From: Octopus vulgaris
Lineage: Eukaryota
Length of the DNA: 64,000 nt
Direction: 5' to 3'
Assembly: GCA_951406725.2 (NCBI GenBank)
Contig: OX597816.1
Coordinates: forward strand, 135,718,001 to 135,782,000
Below, one piece after another: positions 1 through 14,836 of this stretch (the first letter of the stretch is position 1; every line of letters begins with the position of its first letter). A program made the translations under genes and the position numbers. The notes under the pieces were generated by a model, which was given only the letters and a program-made list of their open reading frames with translations, did no database searches and was not told the DNA's origin.

Positions 1-730
1 ATATATAAATATATTCCATAATTGTTAGTCCAATAAAATATTCTATTTCACCTATGGCTCCTGATGAGCCACAAGCAAAACAATATATTCTATCAAACTA
101 ATGATTATGGATTAAATAATTTAATTACATGCAAACTTATCTTTGAGTATTTAATACTTAGCGGCCACATATATCTTCTTTATGAACTTGTCACCCACTG
201 GAATGTGTGTGTGTGTGTGTGTGCATGCGAGCATGTGTGTATTTGGAAAAAGAAAAGTTAAATACAGATAGCATCTAGCAATGCAGAAAGTGATAGGAAA
301 GCTTTTATATTTCAGGCACAAAAGCCTATCTTCAGACGGAAGCAGTCCAAACAAAACTTTCTGCATTGTGAGAAATTTTCTTTATTTCCCTTTCCTTTTT
401 CTACATCTGTACCGCAACACTCTTATGTGTGTGTGTGTGTGTATACACTGGTTATATAACTAGTATGTTTTACAACTCTTATATGTTTGCATGAAGTTCT
501 ATTACTTGATGAGGTGTTTTCTGCAATATTAAATATCACTAGCTTCTAGTGATTTAACAAATCTGATTTTTTTTGTTTAGTTGTTTTTTTTCCTACAAGA
601 AGAAACAGTGTCCATACACTTTGCCAGTCCTTCTAAATTTATTTAAGAAACTTAATTGTATTTTTGATAATGTAAATAACCATATACAAAAACATTTTAT
701 TTTTTTAAAGTTTTTATAATTTATTATCAT

Positions 731-1158
731 AGGTGCAGGTGTGGCTGTGTGGTAAGAAGTTTGCTTCCCAACCACATGGTTCTGAGTTCAGTCCCACTGT
801 GTGTCATTTTGTGCAGATGTCTTCCATTATAGCCACAGCCCAACCAAAGTCTTGTGAGTGGATTTGGTAGACAAAAACTGAGGGAAGCCCATCATGTATA
901 TATGTGTGTATGTATGTGTGTGTGTGTGCTTGGGTATGTGTGCATCCTTGTGACTGTGTTTGCCCCCTATTACCACTTGACAACCGATTGTTGGTGTGTT
1001 TACATCCCTGTAACTTAGTGGTTCAGCTAAAGTGACTGATACAATAAGTACTTCAGAAAAAGTGAATACTGGGGTTGATTCATTCAACTAAAATTCCTCA
1101 AGGTGGTGCTGCAGCATGGTCTCAGTCTAATGACTGAAACAAGCAAAAGATAAAAAAG
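731..1158 (+). mobile_element. tRNA-derived SINE family A (internal microsatellite), near full length
   Basis: Head GTGGCTGTGTGGTAAG...GTTCAGTCCCAC (A/B-box-like), internal (TG)n, tail GACTGAAACAAG.AAAAGA; many copies in the window. Confidence 0.85.
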
Positions 1159-1284
1159 AAATATATTTTTCAAACATTGGTACAGTCTTTCATCATGCAT
1201 GTCTATAGAAAAAAGTTACACCATGTTATGTTCTCCTGGGTGCAACCTTGAATAAGGTAATATGGAGGTCTGGCAGTAAGTCCC

Positions 1285-1286
<2 letters not shown>

Positions 1287-1361
<75 letters not shown>

Positions 1362-1386
1362 TCCTCTCTTCCCCCCCTCTCTCTCT
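1287..1386. repeat. (CT)n microsatellite
   Basis: Direct inspection. Confidence 0.95.
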
Positions 1387-2200
1387 AATGTTAGAATAAT
1401 CCAAAGTAAAGAAAATCACCAACTGAGATTGGTGCCTATACTGCAACAGGAATTATTAGACCAACAGAATTGTGTAATATGTGCCATACATTAAGACTGT
1501 CTCTGAGTCAAAGACTGAATATCTTTGAAAGTACATTTCTGATAAATAAATCCTGTTAATTTTTTTTCTATTTGGACTTCATATGAATCAAAACATCTTT
1601 CCCAGTGAAATAGAAGGAAAAATTTGCAAGTTGGTGTCAACTGACTGATCTTTTGAAGTATAACATAGTTGTTTTTATTGTTGTTGATGACTATTAATAT
1701 ACCAATCACTGAAAATAATATTCTTGGTAATAATTTGATAATTACCTAGATGTGAATAACAGAATAATAATAAAGCTCTTTTGAAATTTGGCTACCAATG
1801 TAGCATATACCTGAAAAAAAAAAATTATGTCATCATTCTATTATTTGTAATTTTTATCTTCATCAAATCGTCCTTGTTGTTGTCACCATGCAAGATGGAA
1901 AAGTGGATGTTGAAATGATGATAGTCGGATGGAAATTATAGAAACAGATTTTCCATGGCTTGGTTTCAAGCAAGGTAATATTTCCCTATGGCTAGACATG
2001 TTTTTATAGAATATTAGAAATGAATGCCGTTCATTTACAAGAATTATGCAATGTCAAAACAAGAAGACACTCAGACACAAATACACACACACATACACAC
2101 ACACACACACAACATGAAAGAACCCATCATGTTGTGGGTGTATGTGTGTGTGTGTAAAGTCATAAATGATAGAGAAATAGATTTCTTTTTTTATATATAT

Positions 2201-2358
2201 AAATAATTTATATTATATTTAGTAATAGATAAATTACTTACATGTTTACATTTTTGCAAAATGCAAAAAATCTTCCAAAAAATGCAGAATTTTTTGCATT
2301 TTGCATTAATGCAGACATGTAATTTATTTATTATTAAATATATTAATATAAATTAATT
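2201..2358. repeat. AT-rich foldback/MITE-like inverted repeat (~70 bp arms)
   Basis: ttacatgtttacatttttgcaaaatgcaaaaaat versus attttttgcattttgcattaatgcagacatgtaa (4 mismatches in 34), extending outward imperfectly. Confidence 0.7.
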
Positions 2359-2595
2359 ACATGTTTTTAAGTTACGAAACAATTTGTCACGATATTTGAA
2401 TTTTCTTATTGTTAAATAAAATTTCATCAAACTATTTCTCTGTCATTAATGACTTTATATACTCTTTATCATTTTCTCTTGTATTATACTATATATTCTA
2501 TGTTTTGTAGAATGATACATTAAGGAGCTTTTTTTATGAGTACTACTGGATTACTGGAATCCATAAATTGTGACATACATGTACATGTATGTATG

Positions 2596-3987
<1,392 letters not shown>

Positions 3988-4542
3988 TTATGTTTCTTTT
4001 CTGTGTGTATTCCACTGATGAGGCAAAGCATTCCTAAATGCAAAGCTAGAAAACCAGGATCTGGAATTATCCAGCAATTTTTTCTAGTTTCATCTTGTCT
4101 CTCTTTGTCCTCTCTCCGTGTTGCTATATGGACAATTAAGGTGATTTTAGAATCGGATCACGGCTGCTATTTTCAGCATGATGGTATCTTGCAGATACCC
4201 TAATTTATAATTTATATATATATATATATATTTAACAGCAAAGGATCAAGTTCTTATTAAATGTAAATTTCTGGCTGGCTATCTTAATATGACACTTGAT
4301 TTGTGGTTGTTTTGGCAGAAATCCAGCATTTTGGTTGGTTGACTTCTTGGTGATGTCATTTGTTTGTCTAATGTTTTTATCTCTTATTTTTGACCCAGCG
4401 CTCTGACTAGTTGATTTTCTGCTTATGTCTTTTGTTGTTGTCAAAAACTTGGTAGCTTGTTTTTGTCTGACGAGTATCCAATGGGCCAGTTGGTTGATTC
4501 CCTTATGAAGCCACTGGTTCAGTCAGCTCAATACTCTTTGCT

Positions 4543-4766
4543 CTCTTTTACTCTTTTACTTGTTTCAGTCATTTGACTGTGTTTCATTTGCTAGAGCACC
4601 GCCTTTAGTCGAGCAAATCGACCCCAGAACTTATCCTTTGTAAGCCTAGTACTTATTCTATTGGTCTCTTTTGCCGAACCACTAAGTTACAGGGATGTAA
4701 ACACACCAGCATTGGTTGTCAAGCGATGTTGGAGGGACAAACACAGACACACAAATATATACACAC

Positions 4767-4826
<60 letters not shown>

Positions 4827-4990
4827 GACGGGCTTTCTTTCAGTTTCCGTCTACCAAATCCACCCACAAGGCTTTGGTTGGCCCAAGGCTATAGTAGAAG
4901 ACACTTACCCAAGGTGCCACGCAGTGGGACTGAACCCGGAACCATGTGGTTGGTAAGCAAGCTACTTACCACACAGCCACTCCTACGCCT
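4543..4990 (-). mobile_element. SINE family A, full length, relatively young
   Basis: Reverse complement of the 731/26373 copies; retains several CpGs. Confidence 0.9.
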
Positions 4991-5742
4991 ATGTTTATTT
5001 ATTTTTCCTGATTAGGTAACTTGTTTTGTTTGAGGGTCATCCATCATTCTAGTTGGTTGATTCCCTTAAGAAGTCACGAGTTCAGTAGGCTCAAAGTTTA
5101 TTTGCTTTTCACTGAGGTTCTGGGTTTGATCCCAAACTAATCACACTAGTTCAGCTTAGGGTGACAAAAGCAATTGGTGTTTGAGAAGGTGCAAGGTGTT
5201 ATTGTACAACAGTTTGGAGTTAAGGTTTTGAATCTCTGAGGTAGGCCGTTACTTAAACTTTTGATTTATATCTGTTGTCTCAGCTCAATTTTCATGAATA
5301 AATTGAGTTTTCTCATTTTGGTGTGTTGTTATAGGATATTCAGTTGTTGTTTCTTAATAAACATATTTTTCTTAAGCTGAAGTGTTTCTGGTGCATTGAT
5401 AGAGAGTCTGTTGAAGGATCACTCATTTTTGCCAGCAGAATATAAAATGAATTGGTTTATTCAAGAACATAACAAATTACCCAGTCCAGGAATCAAAACC
5501 TCAACTTTACGATCATAAGGGCAATACCCTAATGCACTAAGCAAGTGCCTTCACAAACTAAGATAAGCTCTGGTCTAAAGAAGCTGTAAGCTGTGAGAGA
5601 CTGTTTTCATATCTGTGCTCTAAGTTCAAATCCTACTAAGATCAACTTTGCCTTTTGTTTTTTCGGAGTCAATAAATTATGTATTAGTGTGTTAATGTTT
5701 AAGTATTTCATACAATATCTACACCATTGTAACTTAGTGATG

Positions 5743-5896
5743 CAAGTATGGCTGTGTAGTTAAAAAGTTTGCTTTGTATCCACATAGTTTCAGGTTCAGT
5801 CCTACTGTTCAACACTTTTTGCAAGTGTTTTCTATTATAGCCACGGGTTGATCAATACCTTGTGAATGAATTTAATAAATGGAAATTGTGTGGCAA

Positions 5897-5929
<33 letters not shown>

Positions 5930-6122
5930 TTTGTATTTATGTGGTGTTTTCTCTCTCCCACTCCTTGACGACTGATGTTGGTTTGTTTACATCTCTGTAA
6001 CTCAGCAGTTTGGCAAAAAAAAAAAAATAACTGGTAGCAATTTGTTCAACTAAGACTCCTCCAGGTTGTGTCCCAGTACAGTCGTGATCCAGTGACTGAA
6101 ACAAGTAAAAGAAAGATAAAAG
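5743..6122 (+). mobile_element. SINE family A, diverged
   Basis: Same head, internal (TG)n and GACTGAAACAAGTAAAAGA tail. Confidence 0.8.
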
Positions 6123-6801
6123 ATAGTAGATTAGCAGAGTTGTTAATATGTTCAGCAAGAAGTTTCATGGCTTTTGCTCTAGTTCTTTGCATTCTGGGTT
6201 CAAATTCTGCTTCATGATTGAAACCCTGTTAATGGCCAGGGTAAAACATTCAGCCATGAAACTGAGACCACTTTTGGTTATGGAAGTTAAAATGAGTGGA
6301 GAAGGAACGAAACCATCTGCTATGAGGTCAAGAGAAATTTAAGTAATGAATGTGAGTTGGGAAAATGTTATAGTAATAATGTAACACTTGAATGCATTGA
6401 ATAATTTCAAAACTGTTCAGTTTGCAGGCTGTTACATGTAAATATTTCCCTTTGTTTACTTATGAAGAAACTAAATTTTATATTTTATAATATCACAATG
6501 TAAAATTGTTCACAAGCACTGAAAAAATTCAATAAAATAATATTGACTAAGTAAGGTGGTATCACATATTCAGTACATATGAACAGAGTAGTTCAGTGGC
6601 AGAAAGGGCATTGGGATTAATAGTATTTATATTTATTCTCCTTTTTATTTGTACTCCTTTATTCTGAATTAAAATTCTACTGAGTCAGCTTTGCCTTTCA
6701 TCCCTCCAAAGACAATAAATTATGTACTACACATGTATTGTGGGTGATTCAACCGGATATATTTTTCTCAGTACACTGAATTTGTGTTAACGTTTGAAAT
6801 A

Positions 6802-7060
<259 letters not shown>

Positions 7061-7288
7061 CTTGGTGTGTTTTTTATCTTCTGATAATACAGCCAGATGT
7101 TACAACTCTGAGGATACAAAAGTTGTAACACCTGGCCATGTTGTAAGAAGACAATACCAAGTATCCTATACTCTGTTTGTCCCTTTGAATTATTTCTTAT
7201 TGAACACAACTATGATAATCTGCACACACACATACATGATGAATTTTATTGTTGTGAGTGACAAATGAGGGTTCAGTAAAATAAAGTG

Positions 7289-7800
7289 TTAATCATGGAC
7301 ATGAATATGTCTTTTGAGGTATGCTGGTGCCTTGCAAACTTTTTGGCAAATTGAACAAGTTGAGGGCTCAGTTTGCTTGAGTGCTTGTGGATCATTCACT
7401 GTGTGTTTTCTTGAGTGGACAGCAAGGCCTGCTTTGCTTCATGCTGCAAAACCACAATGACAGGTAAGGTTTTCATTCAGAGGAGCAGTATTTTGCTAGT
7501 GTGCCTTCATGCTTGATGAAGTTGGCCCCAATGTTGGAGTCAACTTTGTTCAAATCTTTGAACTGAGGAGCAGCAACACTGGCACCAGGTCCTGCATTCT
7601 AATGCTTTGTTTTCCCAAGAAGAAGAGGGAATGTTGCATCGATTCAGATTGTGTTTTAGTTTGCCCCTGAGGTGCAAGAGTGGCCTTCCAACTGCCCTTC
7701 TTGTTGAGAATTGGATAAAGAGAAGTTGCTGGCCACAGCTTTGAGGTCTCTATTGCAGCTGTCCATGTCATGTCTTACAGTCTTTACAGTGTTCACAGAG
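7289..7800 (-). mobile_element. RTE-like LINE ORF 3' end with two C2H2-like fingers, degenerate
   Basis: Minus translation ...LTCHCGFAA*SKAGLAVHSRKH...TCSICQKVCKAPAYLKRHIHVHD*; upstream GRPLLxLxDKLKHNLNRCNI...WE typical of RTE C-termini. Confidence 0.7.
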
Positions 7801-8372
7801 CATTGAGTAACAGAGGCTGAATATTTTGCTATTTTCTACTGTCACCATAAGTTAATCTCCTCCCAATGTTTTTTATTATTGGCTAATAAACTGACTCTCC
7901 AAACACTGTTTACCTGTTTCTCATTTCTAAACTAGCCTTTATTCAACTATCATTGTCTATGCCTCAATGGACAGTTTGAACATTGCTTAATGAAGGCAAC
8001 CATGGTTATATTAACCTACTGTAGAACAAGCCTTCCTTGCAAATCCTTTAGTATTTCAAGTCAGCTTACTGGTTGGAGCTCCTCAGATGTTACACTGATT
8101 ACTCCTAGCAGAAAATTTGCTTCAAGATTTCATTGTTTCCCAAACTCTTCCTACTTGCTACTACTTGTATTCCTCTTCTTATGCTGATGATACCATGCTT
8201 CACTCTTCCTTAATCACCTATTTGCACACCAGACAAAGTACCAGTTGATCTCTGGGATCGATGTAATCAACTTAACCCCTCCCCACGAACTTTGCTGGCC
8301 ATGTGCCCAAATCTGAAACCAATATTTGAACATTATTGGACTTGTACACATTTTAATATAACATACATAAAA

Positions 8373-8565
8373 AGGTAGCGAGCTGGCAAAATTTTTAGCA
8401 CGTCAAAATGCTTAGTGACATTTCATTCATCATTACATTCTGAGTTCACATTCCTCTAAGACTTTGGGGTCAATAAAATGAGTACCAGTTGACCACTGGA
8501 ATCAATGTAATCGACTAACCTCCTCCCCAGAAATTGCTGGCCTTGTGCCAAAATTTGAAACCAAT
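8373..8565 (+). mobile_element. tRNA-derived SINE family B
   Basis: GCGAGCTGGCA...TTCTGAGTTCA...GGGGTCAATAAAATGAGTACCAG; a partial tail copy lies at 8235-8325. Confidence 0.75.
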
Positions 8566-8968
8566 ATAACATACATAAATAAATTTTGAAAACATTCATT
8601 CTTCATTTCTAATTTATTTAATGTAAGCATTTAGTTATCATGCATAAGTTACTTTACAGAGAGAAAGATAATACTATTTTATCAGATATAAATTTAAGAT
8701 GTGTGACAGCTAAGAGGTAGATCTAAATGTTAAGAATCAGTCCATGCATAGTCAATGTATTATTTTAAAAACAAATCTAGAAAGACATCTTAAAGAGGTA
8801 ATTTTATTTACCCAAAGTATAAAAATATTAATCTATTTGAATTGATGTTAAATATTCATAAAACTGGGGGTAAAAATCCTAGTAATTCTCCATTCTCATA
8901 TGATTGCGTTCCTATAAATATGTTCTTGTATGGATAGGAATATATGTATAAGAACTTAATAACACACC

Positions 8969-9055
<87 letters not shown>

Positions 9056-9057
<2 letters not shown>

Positions 9058-9959
9058 CAGGATGCATAAGTTCTTTTTTGGGTCATTTGAAAAAGATGTA
9101 TAGTTCATCATGGAAAAACTGGTTTTGAAAACAAATTGGTACAAATAATCTGGAGAATTATTTGATCAGACCTATTCAATAAATCCACTGTTAGCATGAA
9201 TGGTTGCTTCAGTACAGGATCAGAAACGTTGACATGCCCAGATCACATGATCTTTATCAATTTTGGACTTAGTGCTTGTTATGGTGGACTTGAGAGGTTG
9301 TATAGTATTATGGGGGTGTTGATTGACCTCTCTCTTGATTGTGCCTCATACATAATAGTCCAGTGGATTGAGAAGTGGTAAGTTAGGAGGCCATGTGCCT
9401 AGAGGAATATGATCATGTAGATTGGTACTCATTCACACTTGAGTTATCTTAGTCTTATAAGACAGTGTAGAATCTTGTTGGAAGATATACAGTACTCTGT
9501 GACATACTCTGTCTATCCAGGGTCTCACAACTTTCCCCAATATGTCTGTGTAGACAGCAGTATTGACTCTTTAACCCTGTGATAAAAAGTGAAGAGGCAT
9601 GATACCTCCCTCGTTGCTCATGATTCCCAGAACCATCACATTTGCTGGGAAATTAGTATACATGACCAGTAGAACCTCACTTGGGTCTTTGCAAATTCAT
9701 TCTGTTATTCCTTCACTTTACCTTTTGGCCTTGATCAAAGTTTTTCTCATCAGTGAAAAGTCAAAGCATTCCAAAAGGAAAATACAAAAACTTAGTTTAT
9801 CAACACATTATAAATTGCCCCAAATAAAACAGAAATCTGTTCTAGTCAAGAGGCTTATCCCTCAGAGAGAACATGGTCTGACATGGAATAAAAAAATTGA
9901 AAAAAAATTAAGGCGTTCTATTGTAGAAATTGCCCAGCAATGTTGGGATGCTCAGATAC

Positions 9960-9960
<1 letters not shown>
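9056..9960 (-). mobile_element. Tc1/mariner DD37D (maT-type) transposase relic
   Basis: Minus: FTDEKNFDQ...PANVMVLGIMSNEG...IFQQDS-(37 aa)-WPPNLPLLNPLDYYV*...NSGFIE*; several stops; ends approximate. Confidence 0.8.
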
Positions 9961-10004
<44 letters not shown>

Positions 10005-10536
10005 GTACTTCTTACTGCACAGCCATGCCTGCACCTATGTTTGATAAGAATACATTTAATTTTCCTTTGTAAATAGACACTGCATAGGGTTTTCCCTACA
10101 AGATGGACTGGAGACCAGCTTGACTAGTTTCATCTGGTTTTGATGGAATAAAACAGCTTATAGCTCCTAATTAAGATTACTTAGAAACATGCATTGATTT
10201 CAGTTATTTGCATTAGCAGCCTGTTACTTACGTAAAGTATCTGAACTGTGTTTGTATGGATAGGTTATAAATATGTTTATATGTATACCTTCAGTAAACA
10301 TGCATTTAGCTTTGTTGAAACTAAATGTGTGCTTATTGAATTAGAGAGTAGAGTCTATCTACACAACTGCCTCTGCTTACACTGATAAATTATACAATTG
10401 TTTGGCACTTATTTATAGCTAGATGAACAGGAAGTAAAATATTTTGGTCATGAAACATTAATGCATAGCAGTATTAGTCACAGATATAATGTGCTGTATA
10501 TTAATGCAAAAACTGCATATAAAAAAGGGATAAATG

Positions 10537-10737
10537 GTCCTTCTTGAGCCATAGGCTTATAAGGCTGGTTTCTTCATTTTGGTAGCATATACACATACCT
10601 CCGCATCACAGGATTATTCATTTTGCCAGTTGAGTGGACTGGAGCAACATGAAATGAGGCGTTTTGTTTAAGAACAAAACACATTGTCTAGTCCAGGAAT
10701 TGAAACCACAAACTTATGATCATGAGTGCAAACATCT
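10537..10737 (-). mobile_element. SINE family E, diverged
   Basis: Head and core match the 37452 SINE in reverse (GAGTGGACTGGAGCAAC..GAAAT). Confidence 0.65.
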
Positions 10738-10739
10738 CC

Positions 10740-11185
10740 ACAGGCATCACTCAGCAAGACCTTTGTCAGCTGCTCTCCAGCTATTTATTTAAGGCTGTAT
10801 ATGGCTATGGTGCAGTCACATTTGGAATTTGTATCCTCAATCTAGAATCCCTATCTTACTCCAAACAATGACCTCTTGGAAACTGTTGAGAGATGTGCAA
10901 CCAAGCGAATATCTTCCATCAGGCATCTACCATACTCTGAACGCCTTGCTTCCCTGGGCATGGGTACACTGAAGTTCTGACATCTGGCAACTGACTTGGT
11001 AAACACCCACAAAATTATTAACCTTCATGCCAACAACAACCTTAAGCATCTTTTTGAATTTCATGTGTCTAACATACGTAGGTATGCCTACAAAGTCAGA
11101 AAACAGCACAGCTCTCATGACTTTCGGAAACATTTTTTCACACTAAGAGTTGCTGAAGCAGGGAATAAACTGTCATTACTTTAAA
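10740..11185 (+). mobile_element. CR1-like LINE 3' fragment
   Basis: VQSHLEFVSSI*NPY...LLETVERCATKRI...YSERLASLG...RKHFFTLRVAEAGNKL. Confidence 0.8.
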
Positions 11186-11499
11186 GACAGTACTTCTTGA
11201 TATACCAAACATTTTGGCTGTCTTCATTACACTAGCACCTGCCATACAGGCACCAACAATTTGACCTCTTTGAAAGTCCAATAGATCTATCATTTTAACG
11301 AATTTTAATTCCCTTTATCTGATGATATCGAAAAAGAAACAGCAATTTTAGCAAAACATTAAGCAACATTAATAATAAATCCAAAAGTATAAAAATAGAC
11401 AAGCTTTTGACGGTTTTATAGATATTTCAAAATTATGATGCTATGATGCTCGGTGTTTCCATTATTGTGTCCATCCCCTGTGCACTTGTGCATGTGATA

Positions 11500-11870
11500 G
11501 TAGGGTGCCAATCCAAGCATGATTGTTGCCAGAGCAACCAACTGGCTTCCATACCCGTGGCACGTAAAAGGGCACCATTTGAGCGTGATCGTTACCAACA
11601 TCGCTTCACTGGCACCTGTGCTGGTGGCACGTGTAAAAAGATTCGAGTGAGGTCGTTGCCAGTACCGCCTGACTGGCTCCCGTGCTAGTGGCATGTAAAA
11701 GCACCCACTACAGTCTTGGAGTGGTTGGCATTAGGAAGGGCATCCAGCTGTAGAAACTCTGCCAGATCAAGATTGGAGCCTGGTGCAGCCATCTGGTTCA
11801 CCAGCCCTCAGTCAAAATCGTCCAACCCATGCTAGCATGGAAAGCAGACGTTAAACGATGATGATGATGA
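11500..11870 (+). mobile_element. RTE LINE 3'UTR fragment with (GAT)n tail
   Basis: GGAAGGGCATCCAGCTGTAGAAAC...CCAACCCATGCTAGCATGGAAAGCAGACGTTAAACGATGATG; the same 3'UTR is attached to RTE coding ends at 14230-14790 and 53713-54156. Confidence 0.8.
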
Positions 11871-12019
11871 TATACGACAAGCTTATTTCAGATACCAAAT
11901 ACACTCACAATTTTTTTTGGTTGGCCTGAAGATGCTTGCCCAAAGTACCATGCATTGAGACTGAACTCAGAACCCTCTGGTTGAGAAGCAAGCTTCTTAC
12001 CACATAGCCATGCCTACAC

Positions 12020-12022
<3 letters not shown>
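11871..12022 (-). mobile_element. SINE family A, 5' half
   Basis: Head sequence in reverse (AAGCTTCTTACCACATAGCCA). Confidence 0.7.
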
Positions 12023-12054
<32 letters not shown>

Positions 12055-12153
12055 CACACACATATATATATATACATATAACATAATGAAGGTGGATTTA
12101 TGCAATGTAAAATTCAACTGCAGGGTAGTACCTACATTGCTATATATGTAACT

Positions 12154-12212
<59 letters not shown>

Positions 12213-12599
12213 CTAAAAGCCAATCCACGTGGTGCAAATATTTATGAGCAAAATCATTTGATTGCACACAGTTTACATAGTTTTAATATATATTTAAATA
12301 TATTTAATAAGTGAAAGAGTATTATGTTTGTCGACTGGTTTCACTTTTGCTAACTATGACTTTGAAATTATTTCCATTTCATGTTTTCTTAAGAAGATTT
12401 TAGTCCGTGTTGTAAATGTAATAAATCAGCAGGTAGAAAAATCTAATGGGAGGTAATTGGTAATTGTTAGTATTCAGGAAAGGGAAAGTAATTGCTTATT
12501 TTGGTGAGAGGAGTAAATAAATATACAAAAACTCAAAAGCTAGAGTAGTGAGATGAAATATTTACAGTGATGTGTATGAGAACATGAATTAAAATATAT

Positions 12600-13200
12600 A
12601 CTGAGATCAAAGTTGGTTGTACATTCATATTTGGGTGTGTTTTGCATCTTTCAATGAATAAATTTTCTTTATGTAAACGTCCTTGTACAGAAATTGTTTC
12701 TTTGCACTGGTAGATGGGGAAAACTGTGCAGTTTGGTTGGGTGGATATTTTCTGCATATGTCTCAATGTGTTCACTCAAAGGAATCTGTCTGCACTGTGG
12801 TAAACGAATCTGTCCCTTATGAAGTGTGGTTCTCTATCTAAGAGTCATACTTCTCTGTCCTATATAGTTATGTCCACAACCTAAACAAGTAATAGCATAA
12901 ATTAGATTCTCCGAGGCACAAGTAAAGTTGGTTTTAATTGTGAACCTTTCTCCTTGTTTGAATAAGAATTCTCAGCCAGGTTTTGTAGTTGTTGTGTAAA
13001 GCTTCATATTTGTCTTTTCAGTGATTTGTGTTGCTTTTTCTATTTGATGAATGTATGTGTTTTCAGAGTGTTGTTCATTTTTGGATCCCTAGTGAGCATA
13101 GGTAAATTTTGTACAATAGTGTTGTATGCCTCATTGTTTCTAGGGTTACATATATAATATAAAGGATTAGGGATTTGGAATTTAGGCAGGTACCTTATTA
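12600..13200 (-). mobile_element. Penelope-like retroelement GIY-YIG endonuclease remnant
   Basis: Minus: FTIKTNFTCASENLIYAITCLGCGHNYIGQ...HKGQIRLPQCRQIPLSEHI; GIY-YIG with CxxC and His is characteristic of PLEs. Confidence 0.85.
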
Positions 13201-13806
13201 GCACTTTGACATAATCCTTCCAGATCTAGCTAACCATATCAAATTATAGGGAACATATAGAAGTGTTTAAGATAAGCAATTACATGGTACCTCGCCTGAT
13301 GGGTAAATCTTGAGTTTGCTTCATTGGATTTCAAATAGCATACAGGTTATATTATCTAGACATGACAAAGAAGAAAGAAGAATGGACAAATATACATCTT
13401 CAAAATTTGTTTATTACTGTATTATGCTAATTAAAATCACCTTAAAGTACAATCCAACACTTGCTTCTGCTGGATAAGTGTCCTAATGTCTTTTTTGATG
13501 TTGCATTAACGTGCATTTAGTTGGTTCAGTTGCTGTGCATATTCATCAAAGGTAGACATTCCTATGTAGTTTTGTTCAAAGTTTTACCCATGCAGGTAAA
13601 ACTATATATATATTTCATCATGTTGAACCAATGATCCCTACACATTTTTTCTCTCTTTATTTTTCCTTCTTAATCCTTTCAGTCGAAGAGTGTTGGGTCA
13701 AAACATCAAAGTCTTTTCTATTCCTTCTGAGTATCAAACTAATACACCTGTTTGTTGTTCCGTCACCTGTCTTCATCTTTTATTTTCTGTAAATTTGAAC
13801 ATATGT

Positions 13807-14140
13807 GGAGGCGCAATGGCCCAGTGGTTAGGGCAGCAAACTTGCAGTCATAGGATCGGGGTTTTGATTCCCAGACTGGGCACTGTGAGTGCTTATTGAG
13901 CGAAAACACCTGAAGCTCCTGCTGTATTCTTTCACCACAACTTTCTCCCTGTTTCTGTTGTACACGCGTTTCAAAGGGCCAGTCTTGCCACACACTGTGT
14001 CATGCTGAATCTCCCCGAGAACTACGTTAAGGGTACACGTGTCTGTGGGGTCCTCAGCTACTTGCATGTTAATTTCAAGAGCAGGCAGTTCTGTTGATTG
14101 CATCAACTGGAACCCTCATTGTTGTAACCAATGGAATGCC
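13807..14140 (+). mobile_element. tRNA-derived SINE family D
   Basis: GGAGGCGCAATGGCCCAGTGGTTAGG A-box and GGTTTTGATTCCC B-box; related copies at 43961 and 46766. Confidence 0.85.
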
Positions 14141-14192
14141 ACAATATATACATATATTATATATTATATATATATATATAATTTTTGAAGTG

Positions 14193-14193
14193 T

Positions 14194-14230
<37 letters not shown>

Positions 14231-14790
14231 AGCATGGGTTAGATGGTTTGACTGGAACAGGTAAGCCGGAGGGCTGCACCAGGTTCCAGTCTGATTTGGC
14301 ATGGTTTCTATGGCTGGATGCCCTTCCTAACACCAGCCACTCTGAGAGTGTAATGGATGCTTTTTATGTGCCACTGACATGGGTTCCATTTACGTGACAC
14401 CTGCAATGGCCACAACTACACTTTCATGGGTACAGTTTTCATGACACAGGAAACAGCTATGACTACAATTTCACTTGGCTTGATGTGTCTTCTCAATCAC
14501 AGCATATTACCAAAGGTCTGAGTCAATTGTTGTCGCCTCAGTGAGGCCCAGCATTTGAAGGTCATGCTACTGGCAACAGCTATGATTATGATTTCATTGG
14601 TGCCATTTACATGACACTAGCAATGATTATGATTTCACTTGGCTTGATGAGGTTTCTCAAGTACAGCATATCACCAAAGTCTCAGTCACTTGTCATCACC
14701 TCTGTTATACCCAGCATTCGAAGATCATGCTTCTCCACCTTGTCCCATGTCTTTCTGAGATTACCTCTTTCACAGGTTCTCTCCACAATA
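14193..14790 (-). mobile_element. RTE 3' end fragment adjacent to a (GAT)n tract
   Basis: Minus RGNLRKTWDKVEKHDLRMLG followed by the RTE 3'UTR motifs. Confidence 0.7.
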
Positions 14791-14804
14791 CACAATATAT
14801 CTAT

Positions 14805-14836
<32 letters not shown>

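Noticed and set aside
9599-10072. 157-aa + strand ORF
   Set aside because: Antisense shadow of the maT transposase running into (TA)n.
11319-11343. CTGATGATATCGAAA hammerhead-like string
   Set aside because: No stem II or stem I pairing.
11500-11720. Repeated GGCACGTAAAA..GCACC units resembling a CRISPR-like array
   Set aside because: Internal subrepeats of the RTE 3'UTR; eukaryotic context, irregular spacing, no cas genes.
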